Of a DNA stretch of 64,000 bases, positions 53,423 through 64,000 are shown in pieces. This stretch comes from Eledone cirrhosa (Eukaryota). The stretch's first letter is position 1, and each line of letters starts with the position of its first letter. The DNA lies in the NCBI GenBank assembly GCA_964016885.1, contig OZ024745.1, positions 25,420,001-25,484,000 on the forward strand. Reading direction: 5' to 3'. The position numbers and the translations under genes are program-made. The notes below the pieces were generated by a model. It had not been told where the DNA came from. It worked only from the letters and a program-made list of their open reading frames with translations, and made no database searches.

Positions 53423-55116
53423 TTACCTCTCTGCGTCCCGGGGTCCGGGCTGCTCAGTTTCCATGTGGTGGTGTGGGGGTATTAGTGTGTGGAGGGGTTG
53501 GGGTGTTTGGAGTTGTGTGGGTGTTTGAGGAGGGGAGGGGAAAACCTTTCAGGAGGACGCGGTTGAGTGGCCTGGTGCAGGGTGGCCCCACGTCCTCAGG
53601 GTAAATGTTTTTCAATGTTTTGAAAATGTCAAGTGGGACTTTCACCATTTTCAGGTTAGGGAGTCCCATTGCCATTGCAAACTTCGGCCCTATTTTTTCT
53701 GTTAAGTTTTTATTGTTTTTGTTTATGTATGTGTAGAGTTTTTGTGTTGTTGTGTTTGTTTTTGCTTGTTGTTCTTGAGTGAGCTTGCGTTTTGTTGTCT
53801 GTGTTGTGTTGTCAGGTGGGGTTATTTTTGTTTGTGTGGTGTGTACGTTTTTTCCTTTTGACTTTTTGGAAGGGAGCCCTCGTCTTTCGACGATATGAGC
53901 TCCTCTTCCGTATTGGAGGAGAGGGGTATATTTCCAGGTTGTGTATGAACTGCGTGTGTTTTTTTATTTGTGTTCTGTGGGGAGGGGCTAGGTGGGACCG
54001 TGTTTTGGGTTGTTTTCTTGAGCTGTTGTTGATGTTGTTGTTGTGGTGGTGGAGGTGGTGTTGCTGGTTTTTGTTGTCGTTGTGGTGGTGATGGTAGTGT
54101 ATTTTGTTGTTTTTGTGGTGGTGGTGCTGGTTGTTTTTGTTGTTGTTGTGGTGTTTGTAGCAGTGGTTTTTTGTTGTTGTTAGTAGAGGGCAGGCCGTCC
54201 TCAGGTGACCTCTGCCAGCGCAGTGGTAACATGAGGGTCTCCTGCCTTCCACCGTAATATTGATAAAGGTTCGCCCATCCAGTAGGACTCGGTCGGGTAT
54301 TCCGGCGATTCTCTCAGGTGTCATCTGTAAGAGAACCTCCAGACTGTTCCCCCCGAACAGTCCACTGGTGGACTCCCCTGCTGATATAAGGATGTCCTTT
54401 TCTAGGTCCGTAAATCCTGTCAGGACGGACCAGATGTTTACTTCTGGCGTTGAGCTCCACATTCTTAGTCTCTGAGTTCTTCCTTTATACGTGGGGAAGA
54501 AGGTGTATTGTGGTGACACTATAGGTACCACCGACCATTTTTGAGCCAGCATTTCGTCCTTCATTCGGACCATAATGCTGGCATACAGCTTTCCTCTTTC
54601 AATAAAGAGTATGTCTTCTTTTATGTCTTTCAGCACCAGCTCAATTTGACTTTCTGTCAATTGAGCTGGCTTTCTTGTTGTGTTGGATATCGTCCTGAAG
54701 GTTATGGTATTCCTATATACCTGTTGACGAACTTCTTCTGGGGAGTTGATCGTAAAAGAACCATCCTCCCCAAAAGATATGTATTTTCTGGCATTTAGCA
54801 AATTCTGCTTAGCGTTTGTGATGTCTATGGGCTTGTACTCAATAGCTTTCCTGACCGTTTGGGCAAAAGAAACTTTGTTGTCTTTGTTGCTTGTTGTTGC
54901 AATGTTGTTGGTTTCATCTTTTATGGTGTTTATTTTCTTGTTATTTTTTTTTTCTTCAAAATTTAGGTTTTCACTCGAATTAATATTCTTTTTTTCATTC
55001 GAGAGGAGGGGCTGTTCAACAGTTTGAATTGTTGTTCCCTCTTTCTCGCTTTTTTTGGTAGGCGTGGCGTTAGCTTCCAATATGGCTTCCTCGTTTTCAA
55101 CGATATCGATGAACAT
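53423..55116 (-). pseudogene. ORF1 (gag-like, zinc knuckle), frameshifted in low-complexity C-terminal half
   Basis: SFAQTV motif, VEGRRPSCYHCAGRGHLRTAC (CX2CX4HX4C). 3' end matches the copy 1 ORF1 end ...DAER*. Confidence 0.88.
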
Positions 55117-55619
55117 TTTGAATTAAATATTTTTTCACCCCAAAAGGGGTGAAAATATATTTACCCTACGTCTACAGTCCCAGACTAGGGGTTAGAGTCA
55201 ATAATAGGAAAACAATTTAAATAATACACTCACAAATAATCCAAGTAAAGATTCCAAATCGAAGAGCCGATGTGCAAGACGTCTACTATCAAAGACAGAC
55301 AGACAGACAGAACGATAGACAGACATACACACAGACAGAACGATAGACAGACATACACACAGACAGAACGATAGACAGACATACGCACAGACAGAACGAT
55401 AGACAGACATACACACAGACAGAACGACAGACAGACAGACAGAGAAATGTACTTGCAAATGTACTAAAGGCTAGACAGAAATTTGGAGGTGTTGACAGAC
55501 GCTTAACATGGTGGACATAGATATAGACGGTTGGATAGATAGACAAATAAAGAGATAGATGTATAGGTAGGAATATAACTAGCCAGCCACTTAAACAAAT
55601 ATATAGATAATTATTTAAT

Positions 55620-57990
<2,371 letters not shown>

Positions 57991-58931
57991 GTCTTTACAA
58001 AAGCGTCTCATATATGTGTATATATATTATAGAGATAGATTGAAGAGTGACAGCAAAGCAAGAGAGAGAGGGGGAATGAGGAGCGGGAGAGATGGAGGGA
58101 GGAGAGGGAGAGTGAAAGAAAGGGGCAGCAACAATATGAAACAAACAAGATCTAACCAACCAACCAGCCAACCAGATTGGGAGGAGAGACTTATGAAACA
58201 GACAAATGAAAATTTCCAAACAGACAGGCAGACAAGCAAGCAGGAAGACAAACAGACAGATAGGATGACAGACAGACAGGAAGACGTATTTATTAAACAG
58301 ACAGATCTATTATTTCATTGCATATTGAAATAGAGTCTTGGGAAGACATAATACGAAAGTGTTCATTTTGAAGAGATGTTGTAAAATGCTGGTTAAAATG
58401 GCGGAGAGCAATTGAAATCAGTTTCAATCACTAAAAAGACAAAAATGAAAAGCATCATTTCCATACGATGACTCAGTGTTTAACTGTGGTGACTGTAATA
58501 AGTATGACGGTTGGCTGAATAGTTCATATGTTGACAATGAAGGAGTGATGTTCGAGATGTGAAATCTTGCATTAATTTCAACCCTTCTTATTAATAACTG
58601 CACTGTTTCTTTCCAGGACTAAGTTGAAAAATAAACCTCATTTGGTCATTCCATGAGAGTATCTTGGGCATCCTGTGAAGTTTTCAACCGACCCTCGTAC
58701 TGCACTGTCGAACAGGCATACACAGTGATTGTATACGATGTACCAGTAATTGAGGGTGTAGGAATGGAGAGGGTGGGCGGTAGGAAGAGGAAGAGAGAGA
58801 GAGAGAGAAAAAGAAGGAAAAGACGAGATTTTCGAATGTCTTCTATAATGGACAGATCTTGATCACAACCAATTAGATAAAATGTTAAAGCCTGTCCCAG
58901 GTGAAGAGGCTCATCAGGTCGGAACTTATAC

Positions 58932-59217
58932 TAGGGGTGGATTTAGACCTTAGGTGGGGCCCGGGTCACTTCCGTTATTTTGGCGGGGGGGGGGGGGGGG
59001 GCTCATACACAACAAAATTAGAATACACACCACCCCACCCCTAGTTTTAGATATTAAAGTTAGCTTGGAGTAAGTAATTGGAATTGAAAAGTTATACTGA
59101 CAGGTATTAAATTCAAAAATTCTAATCATTGCTACAGCCATTGCTGGTGTCCCCCTCCCTGCAGGAGACCCGGGGAAAGTGTGCCCTCTTCCCCCCCCCC
59201 CATTAAATTCGGCCCTG
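58932..59217. mobile_element. putative hAT-type MITE
   Basis: Imperfect TIRs AGGGGTGGATTTA / TAAATTCGGCCCTG. Near-duplicate 8-mer flanks CTTATACT / CTTGTACC. Confidence 0.5.
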
Positions 59218-59361
59218 CTTGTACCCCAATTGTACCTACTGGCTCCAATGTTTAGCTTAGTTAATTGGAACACAATGTGCCGCAAAGTCTAGGAATCGAA
59301 CCAACGACATTACGATTGTAAGTCCAACTAGACAGTCATGCATTTTCATTATACTATTAGA

Positions 59362-59548
59362 TGGATTGGCAGTATCGGTAGAGGGTCGGACGCCGTGCTT
59401 TGCAGCATATAGTTACGGCCCTTTACTGCCTGAGTTAAAATTCCGCTGAAGTTAACTTTGCCTTTCATCCTTACGGGATCGATAAAATAAAGCACCAGTA
59501 ATGTACTGGGATAATTGCTGGCCTTGTGCCAAAAGTAGAAACAATTAT
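59362..59548 (+). mobile_element. tRNA-derived SINE
   Basis: Family match. Confidence 0.85.
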
Positions 59549-59627
59549 ACTATTTGATAGACACACAGGATAAGAGAGAAGCTAACAAGCGTTAAGTTAA
59601 CTTACAGATATTTTTTTATTTATTCAC

Positions 59628-59688
<61 letters not shown>

Positions 59689-59981
59689 GTGTGTGAAAGA
59701 AGGAAAAAAATCACTAATACTTTAGAAAAACCCTTTGGAATTTTTATGTTTATTTAACTGGCAACAGCCTGACGGTAAAAAGGTGACATCTTTGAAATAG
59801 AATCAGTCTGGGATTAATAAGGAAATAAAATTTAAATTAATTGATTAAAAATATATTAGGAAAACAAATATTGTTTCTTAACTGTTATATGTATGAATCA
59901 GTAAGTTACTCCTGGTAGAGTCGTAGGGACACCGTAATTACATGTGACGTGTCTTAGACATTTTACCCTTGCCGGAGTGTA

Positions 59982-60049
<68 letters not shown>

Positions 60050-60161
60050 TCTCTCTCTCTTTCTTTACCCCCTCTCTCTGGACCCAGTTATTTTTATCTA
60101 AAGACATTTTTTCCAATTCCAACCCGCCCATCTCCCTCAATCTATCTCATTTCTCATTCTT

Positions 60162-60197
60162 TCTTCTGATGAAGGACTAGCATCCGAAACGCTAAGA
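60162..60197 (+). ncRNA. hammerhead motif (family C), U16.1 changed to C
   Basis: TCTT-CTGATGA-A-GGA(CTAGCA)TCC-GAAA-CGCT-AAGA. Confidence 0.6.
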
Positions 60198-60291
60198 CCC
60201 TCTTCCTACTATATCAAGCGTTAACCTAAAATATACCTTCCATATACTGTACCGATTGTGATATATATATATATATATGTATGTATGTATG

Positions 60292-60370
<79 letters not shown>

Positions 60371-61139
60371 GTATGTGTATATATATATATATATATATAT
60401 AAAATGTATGGATTGTATATTGAATTTTATACGGGATGTTTATGTAAAACATTTGAAGGCCTATCGCTATGAATGTTTAAGGTTGTAAAGATTGTCACAC
60501 ACCCAACCTCCAACTGGAAGAAGTAATCGACAATGCCATCGTTTCTCACTTATTAGCGTTTATCAAAACTGCATATCTTCCCATTTTTGTTAATGTTAAA
60601 GTAAACTAGAATCTCATTGGTTTCTGCTCATGTTTATGAGCCAATGAAACTTATTTGTCAGGCTCTAATTAAAAATAAATTGTATTGATGCTCCTACATA
60701 GCGGTATGCATATAAATGTACATATTATATCTAAACTATAATAAAGTAAGGAGTGCGGGGCTGCGTCCAGAATATATTTTTTTATCCCGTTTGTAAAATA
60801 AGTCGGATTACTTTGAATAAATAAAGAATGAATATTACATAATTTATCTACTAAATTTCGTTATACTTGATTAAATATAAATAATTTTGTTACTTATTTT
60901 AAGATTCACTTCTTTAAAATTTTCAAATGTCAACACTTCCGGTTAGCGATCGCTTAAATACAAATTCATATATTTCCGTCACTAATGTTCCCCTATTGCA
61001 GTTTATATATAATATCGTCTATTTTTTAATGTATCATGGATTACGGTACATGAGAGAGTGTAACGCAGTCTTCGTTCAATTTCTGTGTATATTGTCAATT
61101 ACAATTTTATTTGATGTATCATATCTACATGTATATATA

Positions 61140-61765
61140 TCAGACTCAGACTCAGAAGCTGCCGCGTCTTGCGACGCATGAGGCAATCATAGTGTTCCAC
61201 CGCGTTCGGTCAGCAGCCAGTTGCACAGCGTCCCGCCATTGTCTGTTTGTCGCTCGCAGGTCTCTCTCAACTGTCTGGCGCCAGTTCATTTTGGGTCGCC
61301 CTCTCCGTCTGCTTCCCTGTGGGCTCCATTTAAGTACTTGGTTCGCCAGTCTCTCCGGGGGAAGTCTCAAAGCGTGTCCAAACCAGCCCAGGCGTCGCTT
61401 GCAGATGGTAGAAGAGTCTAGCTGCTGGTTGGTGCGGTTCCTGACTTCCTGGTTTGTTACATGGTCACTCCATTTAATCCCCAGGATCTTTCGCAGACAA
61501 TCTGGAATAGAATGCGTCCAACTTCTTCTCTTGGCTGGTCTTAAGGTGCCATGTTTCACTTCCGTACAAGAGTGTGGACAGCACGTTGCTGTTGTAGAAT
61601 CTCATCTTTGTTTTGAAGGTGAACTTCCTGCTCTTCCAGATCTTGTCAAGCTGGTTAAATGCTGCTGAAGCCTTTCCCATTCTACATTGCAGTTCACTGC
61701 CCATGGTACCCTCATTGTTAATGGAGCTTCCTAGGTAGGTGAAGTTGTCCACTATCTCCACCTCA
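61140..61765 (-). mobile_element. RTE-clade LINE, 5'-truncated 3' fragment with (TCTGAG)n tail
   Basis: VDNFTYLGS, TKMRFYNSNVLSTLLYGSETW, CLRKILGIKWSD, WFGHALR, RRGRPK. Confidence 0.9.
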
Positions 61766-62059
61766 ATATGCACACTACACATGCTAGCAGAAAACCACCC
61801 TTCGGGTGGTTTTTCTGCTAGTATTAAATAATATAGGAGATGTTTATGAAAAACATTTGAAAGCCTATCACTATGAATTTTTAAGGTTGTGATTAACATA
61901 AACGCTGTCTAATTGCAGAAATCAGCAAAAGAGTAAACGAGTATTCCTGCACATGTATCAATTAACTACTACCCCGAGAAATACGTAACATTGCAAGAAT
62001 GAAGTATCTTCGCTTCGTTAGTGATGGGATGTAAACTTTTATCTAACTTTACGATAATC

Positions 62060-62190
62060 CGGTGAGTGGACTAAAGCAACAGGAAATAAAGTATCTTGCT
62101 CAAGGACACAAAACACCACCGAGATTTGAAATCAACACTTCACGATCTGGAGCCAAACCCCCTTGCCACAAAGATACACACCTTCGCATA
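62060..62190 (-). mobile_element. second SINE family fragment
   Basis: AAGTATCTTGCTCAAGGACAC motif, also near 13610-13628, followed by a degenerate tRNA-like head. Confidence 0.5.
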
Positions 62191-62499
62191 TTCGTTCATA
62201 CATATAAGTATAAATAGTTATGTATATACACCTAGATACATGCATACAACATACACACACACACTCTCACATACATACATGCATATATATACATGCCACA
62301 CATATATGCATATATACATACGTCATACACATACATATATATATACGTCATACACATACTTATATACACACATATAATACATACATATATATATACATAT
62401 ACATATGTACATCCATCTATCCATCATATATTCGTATATACTTATATGCATACATACATTTATACATACGTACGGATATATTTCACGTAGATAGATAGA

Positions 62500-64000
62500 T
62501 TTCTTTATTAGCCACAAGGGCGCACAAGAAAAGGGGACAATACAAAGACATGCCGGGGATTTTACATACAGTCGTGTAAAAAATATAAAAACAAACAATT
62601 ACAACAATCGAAATCCCCAATAGGGGCGAGGCGCCACAAATGGGTTGTTTAATACCGCGTCGATAGAACAACCCTCAACTCCAGGAGCGTGTTGTGCAAG
62701 TGCTCCTTTCTTCTTTTTTCTCTCTTCCTCAACCTACAGGCTTATAAACAGAGAAGGCCCAATCACTCGGGCCATTTTCGCTTCATTCACCCACCTTTCA
62801 GTAAATTTACTGCGGATGCAGTGCCTCTCTCTCCAACCTGATTCTCCTTCTAAAGTGATACTTAAAGAAGGGAATCAATTGTTGTCCGGAGAGAAAGGCA
62901 TCTGTCCTCAGTCCTCTCAACCTCGTCCACCATATAACTTCTTTCACCATAGCAACCGTACAGAGGAAAACCGCCTCTCTTTCGTTTTTGAAAGAGGCTG
63001 GCGGTTTGATCCTTACTCGGCAGTCAACTGGATTTGTCCCATACGCGACAGCAGTTGTTCTGCATAGTTCCACAGGTCGGTTACGCCCGGGCAGTGTACA
63101 ATTGCGTGCAGGACTGTTTCAATGTCCTGCGCGCAACTTGGACACGTCCTCTTGGAAGGATCCCTGCCGGGGCGTCCGTGCCTGTAGATCTTGTCACGAA
63201 CCGGTAGAGCTCCTCGGTAGCACAGGCCAGGGACCTCTGGAAGTTGTCCATATGTCCCGGGCGGAAAGTCCTACCAAACAGACTGGTGAGCTCATTGTCT
63301 TCGACGCCCAGAGTCTCCCCGAGCACGTCGTCGCCCTTGTAACGTACAATCCCTCTATAGAATGTCGAAGTGGAGTCTCCACTGATTGCTGCGCCCGCTT
63401 GCCAGAGGACTGAGCGCCTGAGCGCATTCAATGTGCCAGGCGCTCATCGTTTTCGGTCTTTTCTTCACACAGGACTGCAGCTCCATCAGCGAGACGAGCT
63501 GTGGGAAGGCCTGTCTCACAAACGGTGCCCACACCGGTTGGGGGTCGGTGAGGAATACCTGGAGATGCCGCAGCCTCAGTGCATGTTTGCGCATCATCAG
63601 CCACGGTATTCCCAGCCCTCCGTTGGAAGGGTGATGACAGCAGACGGATCTCATCACCAGCGGAGCCTGCTTCTTCCACAGAAACTGGAAGAGCATGCGT
63701 TCCATCTTGGCGAGGTGTTCACGGGGACAAGGCACGACAGTCAAGCGGTAGTAGATGACGGACGCTATGAAAGTGTTCGCCACCTCCGCTCGACCTTTCA
63801 AGGACAGTTTGCACTCTGCCCACTTCTGGGTGAGTGCAAACACCTTAGCCGTGACTTCGTTCCAGTTTTTCTCCACCTAGCGGTCTGGACCGAACCAGAC
63901 CCCGAGCAATTTCACCGGTCCGTCCGTCCGTCCAGCGTCCAACGACGCTGTCGGACGTCATCGGTTTGCTTCTCCACGTACCGAGTTGCAAACCAACAGA
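62500..64000 (-). mobile_element. Tx1-like LINE 3' part (copy 3), runs off the window
   Basis: LSLKGRAEVAN, GGLGIP, KEVIWWTR. Stop at 62734. 3' end AATAAAGAAA followed by (TCTA)n. Confidence 0.92.

Larger units (their letters stand above)
49755..55291 (-). mobile_element. full-length Tx1/L1-clade non-LTR retrotransposon (copy 2)
   Basis: 5' UTR, ORF1 with CCHC knuckle, ORF2, 3' UTR with AATAAA. Clearly homologous to copy 1. Confidence 0.95.

Noticed and set aside
61784-61821. Rho-independent terminator
   Set aside because: Eukaryotic repeat context with no upstream bacterial-type gene.

Overview
AT-rich, microsatellite-dense eukaryotic DNA, most consistent with an Octopus-type (coleoid cephalopod) genome. 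That assignment is inferred from the abundant tRNA-derived SINE and the repeat landscape. No confident host protein-coding gene was found, and nearly all listed ORFs are microsatellite artefacts. Recognisable elements are four Tx1/L1-clade LINE copies (one full length, all disrupted) sitting in TATC/TGTC-type repeats, several RTE-clade fragments, a decayed Penelope-like RT ORF, about 15 SINEs and a few MITE/Helitron-like pieces. The main hidden signal is about 20 type I hammerhead ribozyme (HHR) motifs from roughly 9 sequence families, most of them beside (TA)n tracts and often in inverted or palindromic arrangements. They include a nearly identical ~471-bp tandem array (22756-25518) with one HHR per unit, an octamer motif and covarying twin hairpins. 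This looks like a retrozyme / Penelope-pLTR-like self-cleaving repeat system. All structures were derived by eye. Coordinates of degenerate elements are approximate, and ribozyme activity is predicted, not shown.
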